DNA of 64,000 bases from an uncultured bacterium (GTDB taxonomy: Bacteria > Zixibacteria > MSB-5A5 > CAIYYT01). Below are positions 48,918 to 60,946 of the stretch, in pieces. The translations under genes were made by a program, and so were the position numbers. Numbering within the stretch: position 1 is the first letter of the stretch; every line of letters begins with the position of its first letter. The notes beneath the pieces were generated by a model. It did not search any database. It had not been told where the DNA came from and saw only the letters and a program-made list of their open reading frames with translations. The DNA lies in NCBI GenBank assembly GCA_963726455.1, contig CAVSCK010000004.1:1344001-1408000 (forward strand), read 5' to 3'.

Positions 48918-49850
48918 CTATGACGGTCCAGTGATCAGTTTGCTTCGGAGCCAGCGCCGTTCAAGTCGGGCGCGTTCACTTGTGGTCAAGTCGTGGGTAT
49001 TTCTTGTCTTCAACAAATAATCCAGAAGCGTTTCGACCGGAACGAACCAACCCCGTTTCGAGGCCAGACGCTCCATAAGCGAGATGAAGCGTCGATCCAA
49101 CCGCCCGTCTCTGGCGAAACCGCAGGCAAAGTGCGTGTACATTATGCAGGCGCCACCTTCGCTTTCGAGTCGATCCTGACTGGATTCGCTTATGCAATTA
49201 ATGAATGATTCCAGCTTCGCCCCTTCCGAGGAGGCAAACCAGTAGTTGACATAGGGCCGCTGCGGATCGTGGTATGGCATCGCCGGACAGCACTTCAGCG
49301 TATTGATATCTCGAAAACTGAAGTTGCGCATAAAGCGAATGCGCTCATGACAAAGGTCGCCCCAAAAGAGCGCGCTATCGGTTACGTGTCCGAAATACCG
49401 GTTATGTTGGCGATAACGTGTGAGCAGGTCGTAAGCCAGTTTATGTACGCCACTCAGCCGATTGCTTCCCCAGTAGATTGATTCATAACAGCCGGTATGA
49501 TTCGCAGCCGACCGTGGGTAGTTGCCGAACAGTTCGCGAAATTTGTCAAGCCCACTATCAGTGTCGGCTCTGGATGAGGTATGATACGTGGCGCCGTGAA
49601 ATCCAATTTCAAATCCAAGTTCTTGAAGCAAAAGTACCCACTCGAGGTATTCGGGATCCTCGCAAGTGGCGCCACCAACTCTCGGAACCGCCGATCCCTT
49701 GAGCGGCCAGACAGATTTCGTGGTGCGGAATCCCAAATCAGTTAGAAAGGAGTAGACCGGCCTGGTGTTTTCTAGCGTCGAAAGATCGGTGTCATCGAAA
49801 ACGGTAAAGGCGAAATCCTTGTTATCGGGCCAGGTCACTCGATCAGTCAT
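48918..49850 (-). CDS. Polysaccharide deacetylase-like (NodB-type barrel) hypothetical protein
   Basis: FTVFDDTD, GFEIGFHGAT, ANH and IMYTHF motifs. ATGA overlap with the FkbH stop codon. Confidence 0.6.
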   Translation of the reverse strand: MTDRVTWPDNKDFAFTVFDDTDLSTLENTRPVYSFLTDLGFRTTKSVWPLKGSAVPRVGGATCEDPEYLEWVLLLQELGFEIGFHGATYHTSSRADTDSGLDKFRELFGNYPRSAANHTGCYESIYWGSNRLSGVHKLAYDLLTRYRQHNRYFGHVTDSALFWGDLCHERIRFMRNFSFRDINTLKCCPAMPYHDPQRPYVNYWFASSEGAKLESFINCISESSQDRLESEGGACIMYTHFACGFARDGRLDRRFISLMERLASKRGWFVPVETLLDYLLKTRNTHDLTTSERARLERRWLRSKLITGPS

Positions 49851-51538
49851 CCGGCCACAGTACCTTCCGCCTCTTGAAGCGTGATGCATTTGGACAAGGG
49901 GTAGGCGTCGGCCACAACCCACACGAAGCTGTTACCATTGCGATTTGAATATCCGGAGGACTCGAGGAAATGCAAACAGGGCGCATTCTTGGGCGTCGGC
50001 AAATACTCGGCCAACAAAGTTTTCAGCCCCATCTGGCGCGCGTGTGTCAGAAGCACATGAATCATCGCTTCCTCGATCTTGCGGCCGATGACGCGGCAAC
50101 TTAGGACGAAGTCCGTGATTCTCCCTTCAGACCCGATCCATTCCATGCCGGCGATACCGGTCAGCCCAGCGTCGCCGAAACGGTCCCCGACGCGAAAGGT
50201 CAACAGCAGATGCTTGTCCTGTCCTGCCCATGATGATAATTCCTGTTCCGTCAAGCGGCGGGTAGACAGGTTCATCTGATTTGTCTTATTCAGAAGCTGC
50301 GCTGTGCGAGCGAGATTTGCAGCGTTTAGTCTTTCGGCGATAACAGTGATATTCAGCGATGTGAGCCACTCATCGACAGAACTTACAGCGTCGCGGAGGG
50401 AGGTGCGCTCGCGCTCAGCCCGATACATATCAGAGCGTCCCAGATCCTCTTTGCTGATGGAAGGGAAATTGAAACACCGAAGTCCCATAAGTACACTTCG
50501 ATATAACATCTTGTCTTCCGGCAGTTCCGGCACCAGCACTTCGGAGAATGTTTCGCGAATGCGCGCGCGTTCGGCGGGATTGTCGTCCAGAAACACGACC
50601 GATTGCAATCCCAGGTTAAGCTCATCGACCAGGTCGGCGAGGTTCTGCGCTTTGTCAGCCCAGTTTATTCGCCAGCTCACGAAATCAGTTCGCCTGAGAA
50701 TCATCTCCGGATGCTTGTCGATGGCCTCCAGCGCCGTCGCTTCTTCATTCTTGCTGACAATCGCCAGCAGCACACCGCGTCGTTTGAGCAAACCAAGGCC
50801 GCGCTGAAAATCAAGGAACGCCTCGCCTATCGGATCGTGTCCACCGAGTGTGATGTGCTCCCAGCCGACATCGCCGACAATTCCGCCCCAGAGCGTATTG
50901 TCAAGGTCAACAACAATCAACTTACGCGCGTTGCCGTGAAGTCCGTTGAGGGCAGACTTAATATCCTTTGCCGCTTCCTGGAAGACTTCATTGCCGAACG
51001 GAACTTTAGCCATGTACCAGAGCTTGGGGCTGAAGGCGTATTTTCCTGCGGCCCGAATCCATCCTTCTGAATCGAGCACGTGCAGAGAAGTTGACTGCTG
51101 TTGTGCGGCAATCAGTCGCGCGTTCATCTGCAGGAGGGCGTGCCTGATGCCCTGTTCTTTCATCGCTAACAATCCTTCAATCGCCGGCGAACCAGGCAAA
51201 CTCCAAGTCGGCACGAACAGCGCCGCTACTCTGGCACTCCCTTTCCTCAGAGCGTCAATGAACTCGTCAACTTCGGAGTGAAGTGTTTCGAGAGGAACGT
51301 CGATCCCCTGCAAGAGATCATTGAATGACTTGATCACACTCTGCGGCTGGGTCCAAACAATCGCCAGATCCAGTTTGTCTGACCAACATGGAGCTGAGCC
51401 GTCCAGCAGACACGAAATCACCTGCCCAAATGGCGCCTCACTGGGTTCGATAACCGGCTCCTCGGGATCATTCGCGATTACGGCAGCAAAGTTAGCCAGA
51501 TTGAAGTCGGAAATCAGAAGTGCCCGATGGGTCTTCAT
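49847..51538 (-). CDS. FkbH-like HAD-IIIC phosphatase / glyceryl-ACP transferase
   Basis: DLDNTLWGG, SKN, INW.DK, FLDDNP.ER, QL.NKTNQ.NL, DRFGD.G and LSCRV.GR motifs. Confidence 0.92.
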   Translation of the reverse strand: MKTHRALLISDFNLANFAAVIANDPEEPVIEPSEAPFGQVISCLLDGSAPCWSDKLDLAIVWTQPQSVIKSFNDLLQGIDVPLETLHSEVDEFIDALRKGSARVAALFVPTWSLPGSPAIEGLLAMKEQGIRHALLQMNARLIAAQQQSTSLHVLDSEGWIRAAGKYAFSPKLWYMAKVPFGNEVFQEAAKDIKSALNGLHGNARKLIVVDLDNTLWGGIVGDVGWEHITLGGHDPIGEAFLDFQRGLGLLKRRGVLLAIVSKNEEATALEAIDKHPEMILRRTDFVSWRINWADKAQNLADLVDELNLGLQSVVFLDDNPAERARIRETFSEVLVPELPEDKMLYRSVLMGLRCFNFPSISKEDLGRSDMYRAERERTSLRDAVSSVDEWLTSLNITVIAERLNAANLARTAQLLNKTNQMNLSTRRLTEQELSSWAGQDKHLLLTFRVGDRFGDAGLTGIAGMEWIGSEGRITDFVLSCRVIGRKIEEAMIHVLLTHARQMGLKTLLAEYLPTPKNAPCLHFLESSGYSNRNGNSFVWVVADAYPLSKCITLQEAEGTVAG

Positions 51539-51545
51539 GACTAGT

Positions 51546-51836
51546 TCACTTCTCCGCCAGCAACTGCTCAACATGCGCAGCGAGAGAACCTACTGTCGCG
51601 AACACCGACTCTGAGTCGGCAAGAGTTCGCTCCGTCGTCAAGACTACGGTCTGATGCAACTCTTCCTGCACTCTGCGTTCCACCGCTACAATCAAATTGA
51701 CCAGTCCCATGGAGTCCAGCGTCCCTCCCTCGCCCGTCAGGCGGGCGGAGGCAGACCGTTCGACTTGATTTGACGGTGGGAGCTGCCCATTGACGTCATC
51801 TATTGCTTTGAGGATAATATCCAGCATTACAGCCAT
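51546..51836 (-). CDS. Acyl carrier protein
   Basis: Short acidic ORF with LDSMGLV (phosphopantetheine Ser) and F.TV.SL; directly upstream of FkbH. Confidence 0.82.
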   Translation of the reverse strand: MAVMLDIILKAIDDVNGQLPPSNQVERSASARLTGEGGTLDSMGLVNLIVAVERRVQEELHQTVVLTTERTLADSESVFATVGSLAAHVEQLLAEK

Positions 51837-51913
51837 CTCAACACACTCGCTAACGGCCGCCCAGGCAGGTCGGAACATAGCGTCGTTGCCAACCCCATAT
51901 CGGTTTTAGGGAC

Positions 51914-52804
51914 CTAGATTCCCCAATCACCGTCGATCACTTCGTATGAGAGTTGCCCGCCCGATTCGCAGAAATCTTTGAGAGCCAGCAAGAATGCATG
52001 CCAGCCCTGCTGGTAATCTTTATTGTAACGAGACGGATCGAAGCCGGTATGGCGCAAGTTTACGCGTGTCCGTTCACCGATACGCTGCAATTCCCAGGTC
52101 ACCAAATTGCCGGACTGACCTTCGCCGGGAGAGTCCCAATCGTAGGAGAGCTTCTTGTTTTCGACGAACTCGGTAATCTGCCGGGGGCCGATTTGCCGGG
52201 CCTGTCGATCTTTCCATCCGGTGACATACCGCCCGCCGACTTTCGGCTCGCATTCGGCGTCCCGGGCAAACCAGATGCGCAAATCATTGACGTCGGTTAA
52301 CGCTCTGAAGACAATCGAGGGCAGCGCCTCGATAAACAGCTCGCGTTTGACGGTACCGCTGTCGATGCGCGTGTAATCAAGGCGATAGGCGGGCCGCTGC
52401 AACTCGACGACCGTTCGCAGGTTGTAGATGTAAATAATCCAGGCGTCCATCATTAATGAATTAGCGGGAATCTTGTCGTGAAACACAAGGAACTCGCACC
52501 AGCGGCCGTGGTCATCTATCCGAAATTCCACTTCACTCTGCGTATTTGAGATCGGCCAAGTGAAGCGCATCGAACGATTCGGTTCCAGTCCGATGATTGT
52601 TCCCTTGATTTCCTTTTCAGGGAAAGTAGTAGCGACGCAGTTTTCACCCCAGAGATGAATCGCTCCGCGCAGCTTGAGATTGATCTCGCCCCTATTGCAG
52701 AGCCATATCCCCAGCTTGAGCGGATTGGTGATCGCGTCATAAATTCGGTTCGGATCAGAATCGATTCTGATCTTGACTCGCAGCCGCTTCTTTTCCACTC
52801 CCAT
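51914..52804 (-). CDS. Tandem SRPBCC (AHSA1-like) domain protein
   Basis: Two repeats of V/I..A.T....L..W...G....W, each ending in W...L..L.. Confidence 0.82.
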   Translation of the reverse strand: MGVEKKRLRVKIRIDSDPNRIYDAITNPLKLGIWLCNRGEINLKLRGAIHLWGENCVATTFPEKEIKGTIIGLEPNRSMRFTWPISNTQSEVEFRIDDHGRWCEFLVFHDKIPANSLMMDAWIIYIYNLRTVVELQRPAYRLDYTRIDSGTVKRELFIEALPSIVFRALTDVNDLRIWFARDAECEPKVGGRYVTGWKDRQARQIGPRQITEFVENKKLSYDWDSPGEGQSGNLVTWELQRIGERTRVNLRHTGFDPSRYNKDYQQGWHAFLLALKDFCESGGQLSYEVIDGDWGI

Positions 52805-52866
52805 CGGCCCAATATAAGCTACATCTCAATGCAACCGCAAGTGTTCTGTCACCTCACTGTGGGCGG

Positions 52867-53214
52867 CTATTTCTCGCTAAACAGGCCGATCGGATTGCCA
52901 TCCAGATCTGCCAGGAAGGCATAGTAACCGAATCCGGGGATCCTGGTCTTGGCAACCAGAAGGCGCCCGCCCAGCTTCATCGCCCGGGCCAATGTCTTTT
53001 CGATGCTGGCGACATGGATATACACATAGACTCCGGTGTTCGGAACCAAAGGCAGCTTCTTGATCAAGCCGCCATGGGGTACCCGGCCGGTCTCCATCTG
53101 AAAATAATCTTTGCGCGCCTTCTTGATCTTCCAGCCGAACAGTGAATCGTAAAATGTCCGTGCCTTGGCGGGGTTGGTTGATGCCACCTCAAACCAGCAG
53201 AGATGATTGGCCAT
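52867..53214 (-). CDS. VOC (glyoxalase/bleomycin resistance) family protein
   Basis: WFEV......A..FY..LFGW, YI.V.SI and D.DGN.IGL motifs. Confidence 0.88.
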   Translation of the reverse strand: MANHLCWFEVASTNPAKARTFYDSLFGWKIKKARKDYFQMETGRVPHGGLIKKLPLVPNTGVYVYIHVASIEKTLARAMKLGGRLLVAKTRIPGFGYYAFLADLDGNPIGLFSEK

Positions 53215-53323
53215 GATAATTCCTCCGAAGAAAAGCGTGATTTTCGCTTGTTCGGATGATAGACGGACAGCTCTGTGTTGTCAACCGGAAACTGGATGCG
53301 GCGTCAAATAATCTGCTGCAATG

Positions 53324-54757
53324 TCAACTAATCGTGTGCAGTTTCAGCATGTTGGTGGCGCCCCGTTCGAAGATCGGCGCCGAGGCAACAATCAGGATGT
53401 TATCTCCTGCCTTAACGGTGCCGTCGGCCTTGAGCGTCTTCTCGGTGCGGCGAATGACTTCGTCGACGGACTTCAGCATCGGCAGGCAGCGGGGTATCAC
53501 ACCCCGATACATCATCAAGCGAGGGAGAATTCTCTTATGCGGCGTAAACGCGATGATCGGCACGTTCGCGCCCTGCTTCGAGATCAAGCGTGCAGTCAAA
53601 CCCGATTGCGTGAAACAGGCGATTACGCGTGCATCGATATCCTTGGCCATGGCCACCGCTGCTTCCGCGACGGCAATGGAGAATTCGACTGCCGGCCTGC
53701 CAAACAGATTCAAGACCGGCGGTTGCGTTTTCAGCCTCTGTTCCGTGGTGTGAACGATACGCGACATCATTGCAACAGTTTCCACCGGGTACTTGCCGGC
53801 AGCCGTTTCACCGGACAACATGACGCAATCGGTCCCGTCGAAAATTGCATTGGCAACATCGGAGACCTCCGCTCGCGTCGGCGATGGGTTTTGTGTCATC
53901 GATTCCAGCATTTGCGTGGCAGTGATAACGGGCTTGTGATGCTCTCCGGCGATGGCAATGATGTTCTTCTGGATGATAGGCACTTCTTCCAGCGGCATTT
54001 CCACGCCCAAGTCACCGCGCGCCACCATCACACCGTCGGCAACCTCGATTATCGCCGCGAGATGCTTGATCGCCTGGGGCTTCTCCAGCTTGGCTATCAC
54101 GGGTGTATTGTGCCCCCGCTTCTTGATTTCCTGCTTAAGCCGCAGCACATCGTGCTCAGTGCGCACAAAGGAGAGAGCAATCAGATCGACCCCGTGTTTC
54201 AGGCCGAATGTCAGATCGTCCAAATCCTTGTCCGTCAGCGATGGCAGCGACAGAGTTGCCCCAGGGAGATTGATGCCCTTGTGTTCACGCACAATGCCGC
54301 CCTTGATAACCCTGGCTTCGATTTCGTGATGCCCCGACTTAACAACTTCCAGCCGTATCATGCCGTCGTCGATCAGCACTTGATCGCCACGCGTCAGGTC
54401 GGGTATCAACTCGGCGGGCACTGCCGACATCGTATGGCTGTCGCCGATGATTTCCTTCGCCGTTAGCTTTACATTCGTGCCGTTCTCCAGCACCACCTGT
54501 CCGCCATGCAGTTTCCCGACGCGAATTTTGGGCCCGCAGAGGTCTTGCAGAATCGCTATGGGCCGATCCAGCTTTCGCGCGACAGTGCGAACTTTGCGTA
54601 TTAGTCCTTGGTGAAATTGATGTGAACCGTGCGAGAAATTCAGCCGTGCAACGGACATTCCGGCTCGGGCAAGGGCTTCGATCGTGGCGGCATCCGCACT
54701 GGCCGGACCGAGCGTGCAGACAATTTTGGTGGCACTGAAATCATTCTGCTGTGACAT
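53324..54757 (-). CDS. pyk: Pyruvate kinase
   Basis: TKIVCTLGPAS, ARLNFSHG, MVARGDLGVE, ATQMLESM and MLSGETA motifs. Confidence 0.97.
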   Translation of the reverse strand: MSQQNDFSATKIVCTLGPASADAATIEALARAGMSVARLNFSHGSHQFHQGLIRKVRTVARKLDRPIAILQDLCGPKIRVGKLHGGQVVLENGTNVKLTAKEIIGDSHTMSAVPAELIPDLTRGDQVLIDDGMIRLEVVKSGHHEIEARVIKGGIVREHKGINLPGATLSLPSLTDKDLDDLTFGLKHGVDLIALSFVRTEHDVLRLKQEIKKRGHNTPVIAKLEKPQAIKHLAAIIEVADGVMVARGDLGVEMPLEEVPIIQKNIIAIAGEHHKPVITATQMLESMTQNPSPTRAEVSDVANAIFDGTDCVMLSGETAAGKYPVETVAMMSRIVHTTEQRLKTQPPVLNLFGRPAVEFSIAVAEAAVAMAKDIDARVIACFTQSGLTARLISKQGANVPIIAFTPHKRILPRLMMYRGVIPRCLPMLKSVDEVIRRTEKTLKADGTVKAGDNILIVASAPIFERGATNMLKLHTIS

Positions 54758-54870
54758 AGCCGCAATTGAAGGAGTTAAACGCCTTCTGTCAAGGACGCAC
54801 TTTTGGGCCTGACCGTGAACTGTTTTTGCACGGCATGTTGTTTGTTGACGATGCGTGATTAGCAACGTAG

Positions 54871-56888
<2,018 letters not shown>

Positions 56889-56889
<1 letters not shown>

Positions 56890-57950
56890 TGTCTAACGGA
56901 AGCAAGTTGCTGACGATGAACCAGGTTGCCACGCCGCTTCTGGCCGTGGCGGCGATGACGGCGCTCTGCTATTTTGCGGCTCCGATTCTTGTGCCGTTGG
57001 TAACTGCGGCCACCTTGACTTACGTTCTCTGGCCCGGCGTGGCCGCGCTCAGGAAGCTGAAGATTCCTCATATCCTTGCCGTGATAATCATCATGCTCTT
57101 AGCCATCATTGCCCTGACCGCTATCGGTATGCTTATTTACAGTGAGGCCGTGACCTTTTCGGACAACTTACCGTCTTACTGGGACAAATTCCAGAAGTTG
57201 CGCACTGAACATGCCGCTGAGCTGCCAAAGTTCCTGAGCTTTCTCGGACAAGACAGCACCGGCACAACGTTGATGGACGGCGTCGATGTGACAAAGCTCT
57301 CGGCCATACCCAAGTTCTTCTTCAAGGGCGTCGGCTCGGTATTGAGTTTCTTCGGCCAGGCGATACTGGTGGTATTGTTAACGCTGTTCATGCTGATCGA
57401 ACAACGCGGATTTCGAAAGCGCATTGTCAGATCGCTAGGAACGGATAATGTCACGGCTACAACCACAATCGTCTCGAAAATCTCGGCGCAAATTGCCGGC
57501 TATCTGTGGGTGCGGTTCTTAGTCACTGTCGCACTGGCTATTATTTTCAGTGTGGGATTGTTGATCGGCGGGATCAATTATCCCTATGTGTGGGGGCCAC
57601 TGGCGGCGCTGCTGAATCTTGTACCATACGTCGGCGCCTATATCGGCGCCGCACCCCCGATGATTATGGCCTATGTTCAGCATGGCACGCTTTGGCCGTC
57701 CCTTTGGGTACTGGTGTTCTTCATGGCAGTGCAGTTCGTTGAGTCAAACTTGATCACTCCGCGCCTGTTGGGCAAACAACTAAACATCAATCTCCTGGCC
57801 CAGTTGATCTCGACCATCTATTGGGGCTGGCTCTGGGGCGCGATCGGCATTGTGCTGGCGGTTCCGATCACTGCAACTCTCAAAGTTGTTTGTGACCATG
57901 TTGAAGCGCTGCATCCGATCGGGATTCTCCTCTCCGGAGACGACAATTGA
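56889..57950 (+). CDS. AI-2E family transporter
   Basis: Multi-TM protein with LNLVPYVG, Q..ESNLITPRLLG and WG.LWG.IG..LAVP. Confidence 0.9.
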
Positions 57951-58801
57951 AGATTCGACCGTTGCGCTTCGCGTCGGTTCTCCTGCGTCGAACATTCTTC
58001 ACTGATCATTGCCCATCTCTGGCGGCCGCGATTTCCTTCTATGCCATTCTCTCTTTCGTGCCTTTCGTGCTGCTGGCGGTCTCACTCTTGAGCCATTTCG
58101 TCGAGTCGTCCGATGAGGCACTGCAGCAGATCATTTCCATCCTTACGCAGAATTTGCCATTGTCGACCACGTCAGCCGTTGACCTGATCACTGCGACCAT
58201 CAAAGGGCAAACTATTTACGGCATTGTAGGCGTGATCGGATTGTTGTGGGGCAGCATGTCGGTATTCTCCGTACTCGAATATGCGATGAACCGTATCTGG
58301 CGCAGTGTCGACCATCGTACGTTTTGGCACTCCAAGCTCGTCGCACTGCTATGCATTCCGTTTATGATTCTCTTCGTACTGATATCGCTCGCGCTGACCG
58401 GCCTGATCAGTATTGCCAAGGCGGGCCGGCTTCCGATAATAGACGTTCCACTTCTCAAGCTCCCACTGGTCGGAACCGTTGTATCCTTTGCCGTGCCGAT
58501 CATCGTTTCCACGATGTTGTTCGTCTGGATCTTCTACTTGCTCCCCAGCAAATGGAATCACTTCCGCAACGCGCTCTACGGTGCGCTTCTGGCGGGGTCA
58601 CTCTGGGAAATCGCGAAGCTTCTCTTCGACTACTATGTCGCACATCTGGCGAAGTTTCTCACCGTCTATGGCTCGTTCACTTCGGTCGCCATCATGTTCC
58701 TGTGGGTGTACTACTCTGCCTTCGTCGTTCTCTTAGGAGCCGAGTTCGGGGCGCTCCTGGAAGAAGTTCGCGAACGCGGTGACGCAGTCGAAAGCACCTG
58801 A
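57947..58801 (+). CDS. YihY/virulence factor BrkB family membrane protein
   Basis: AAAISFYAILSFVP, L..AMNRIW, YGS......LWVYYSA..VL.GAE motifs. Confidence 0.92.
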   Translation: MKIRPLRFASVLLRRTFFTDHCPSLAAAISFYAILSFVPFVLLAVSLLSHFVESSDEALQQIISILTQNLPLSTTSAVDLITATIKGQTIYGIVGVIGLLWGSMSVFSVLEYAMNRIWRSVDHRTFWHSKLVALLCIPFMILFVLISLALTGLISIAKAGRLPIIDVPLLKLPLVGTVVSFAVPIIVSTMLFVWIFYLLPSKWNHFRNALYGALLAGSLWEIAKLLFDYYVAHLAKFLTVYGSFTSVAIMFLWVYYSAFVVLLGAEFGALLEEVRERGDAVEST

Positions 58802-58845
58802 AGCCAGATGACCTCCAAGTCAGTCGTGATTACCCAATGCAGAAA

Positions 58846-58872
58846 CGCCGCGTTACCCAGAGCAACGCGGCG
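58846..58872. terminator. Hairpin between convergent genes (probable terminator)
   Basis: CGCCGCGTT-ACCCAGAGC-AACGCGGCG. Confidence 0.55.
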
Positions 58873-58901
58873 AATCAGAGCTTATGTGTTGAATTACTGA
58901 C

Positions 58902-60020
58902 TTAAAGTCTGTCGGCAACCGCTTTGGCCATATCAGAGGTAGTTGCTTTTCCGCCCATGTCGTACGTCCGCACTTTGCCTTCTTTGATAATCTCTGCAAC
59001 CGCCCGCTCCAGCCGATCAGCGTCCTTTGTTTCACCCAAATATTCAAGCATCAGCTTGGCGGCCAGCATCGTGGCGATCGGATTGACTTTGTTCATGCCG
59101 GCATATTTCGGGGCTGAGCCGTGCGTCGGCTCGAATACGGCGTAGTTGTCGCCGATGTTGCCTGCCGACGCAAATCCCAAGCCGCCGACAAGTTGGGCAC
59201 ACAGGTCAGAGATAATATCACCAAACAGGTTGGTCGTGGCCAACACCTCGTAATCGGACGGATTCTTGATCAGCCACATGCACATGGCATCAATATTCGT
59301 CTCGCCCAGCGCGATTCCCGGATACTCCTTGGCAACCTTGCGCCCTTCGCGAATGAACAGCCCCGACGTTTCGCGGATGACATTCGGTTTTTCCACCAGT
59401 GTCACCGACTTCTTCCCATTGGCTTTGGCAAATTCAAACGCGTCGCGGATGATGTTTCGCGAGGCAGTCTTGGTAACCAGTCGGCAAGACAGCGCGACTT
59501 CATCCTCCGGCATGTCCGCAAAACGTTTGGCCTTCTTGTTGAATTCGGCCATGGTGGCAGACAACTTTTTCGGCAGCGGATAATATTCCACACCGGCATA
59601 TAGATCCTCGGTATTCTCGCGGAACACCGTGATATCGATACCTTCCTTGTAGTTGAGCGGATTGCCTTTGTACGCCTTGCAGGGGCGCTTATTCGTGCGC
59701 AGATCAAACTCCTGCCGCAACCGCACGATCGGCGAGGCATAATTCAGGCCCTTTTCCTTCAACGCAGGAAGTAGTTCTGCCTGGGCTTCTTCCTTGGGCT
59801 TGGACGTAATTGCGCCGAACAGTGCGCAGTCGGTCTCCTTGAGCAGCTTGACAGTCCTGTCGGGCAGCGGGTTTCCTTCGTTGCACCAAAATTCCCAGCC
59901 GATGTCGCCAGGGATATACTCAGCCGATAATTTCATTTTGTCCAGCACGACGCGCGTCGCATTCATAACTTCCACGCCAACGCCATCTCCCGGCAACCAG
60001 GCGATACGATACTTTGCCAT
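58902..60020 (-). CDS. Isocitrate/isopropylmalate dehydrogenase family protein
   Basis: LPGDGVGVEV, FRENTEDLYAG, NLFGDIISD and FEPTHGSAP motifs. Substrate unresolved. Confidence 0.93.
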   Translation of the reverse strand: MAKYRIAWLPGDGVGVEVMNATRVVLDKMKLSAEYIPGDIGWEFWCNEGNPLPDRTVKLLKETDCALFGAITSKPKEEAQAELLPALKEKGLNYASPIVRLRQEFDLRTNKRPCKAYKGNPLNYKEGIDITVFRENTEDLYAGVEYYPLPKKLSATMAEFNKKAKRFADMPEDEVALSCRLVTKTASRNIIRDAFEFAKANGKKSVTLVEKPNVIRETSGLFIREGRKVAKEYPGIALGETNIDAMCMWLIKNPSDYEVLATTNLFGDIISDLCAQLVGGLGFASAGNIGDNYAVFEPTHGSAPKYAGMNKVNPIATMLAAKLMLEYLGETKDADRLERAVAEIIKEGKVRTYDMGGKATTSDMAKAVADRL

Positions 60021-60037
60021 AATCTCTCCTAGCAGGA

Positions 60038-60937
60038 TTACTTCAATTGAACGGTGAGCGCGAAACGGTGGCTGGAACCAAGTCCGGATTTGAACGGCAC
60101 AAAGGCGTAATCAACCCGCCAGATTGCCTTGGAAAAGCCCACGCCGACGGCGAAGTTCTCTTCGTCGTAACCGATCTTGTAGCCGGCCCGCAACGCAACA
60201 TATTCGACGATATATCTTTCGAGGCCGAGGTTTATTTTGACGTCGTCGTTCTTTGGTTTCGAGACGTCAACGCCCGCCGTCATTTTCTTGGCCTCAAAAG
60301 ATGCACCGCCGGCCGCGGTTACCGGCATCGGGATTGCCTCGCTATGGAACTTTGGATTGGAACCGATATTTCTGCCCGCGATCCCAATTGAAATACTATT
60401 GGTAGGATGAAATCTGGCGCCAAAATCAAAGAGCACCGTCTGCGCGGCCTGTGGCTCGATTCTTTCGGCGGCATATTTCACCGTCGCGCCCAGTGCCAGA
60501 CGTTCTGAGAAGGAATGTGCATAGGCAGCATAGAAGAGAATGTCGCGCGCATCAAATGTCCCCAGCGGTTCGTCTGTGGGACCCTGACGGCTCTCGATAT
60601 TTCCAATCTGCAGATAATCGAATCCAAGTGAGACTGCGCCCTTGAACATCGGCGTGGTAACTCCCGCGAACTCGCGGCGCGAGTCAAAGATGTTCTCATG
60701 GTGCATGAAACCGATCGAGGTTTCTTTGGCATCGGACATGACTGCCGGATTGAAGTAAACGCCGAATAGACTCGAGGTCACCGCGACGCCGACATCACCC
60801 ATCGCCGCATTGCGAGCGCCGGGTGACACTTTCAGAAAGCTAAATCCGGTCTTGCCTGGATCGGCGGCGGAGGCCATTTGCCCACATGCTGCGAATGCGA
60901 ACAGCAACAGAAAGGAGATTTGTCTTATGTATTTCAT
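60038..60937 (-). CDS. PorV/PorQ family outer-membrane protein
   Basis: FLKVSPGARNAAMGD...YFNPA, ALRAGY and VDYAFVPF..LG.SHRFAL motifs. Confidence 0.88.
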   Translation of the reverse strand: MKYIRQISFLLLFAFAACGQMASAADPGKTGFSFLKVSPGARNAAMGDVGVAVTSSLFGVYFNPAVMSDAKETSIGFMHHENIFDSRREFAGVTTPMFKGAVSLGFDYLQIGNIESRQGPTDEPLGTFDARDILFYAAYAHSFSERLALGATVKYAAERIEPQAAQTVLFDFGARFHPTNSISIGIAGRNIGSNPKFHSEAIPMPVTAAGGASFEAKKMTAGVDVSKPKNDDVKINLGLERYIVEYVALRAGYKIGYDEENFAVGVGFSKAIWRVDYAFVPFKSGLGSSHRFALTVQLK

Positions 60938-60946
60938 TTGATCTTT

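Noticed and set aside
53321-54466. 381-aa plus-strand ORF antisense to pyk
   Set aside because: Shadow ORF lying almost wholly within pyk on the opposite strand.
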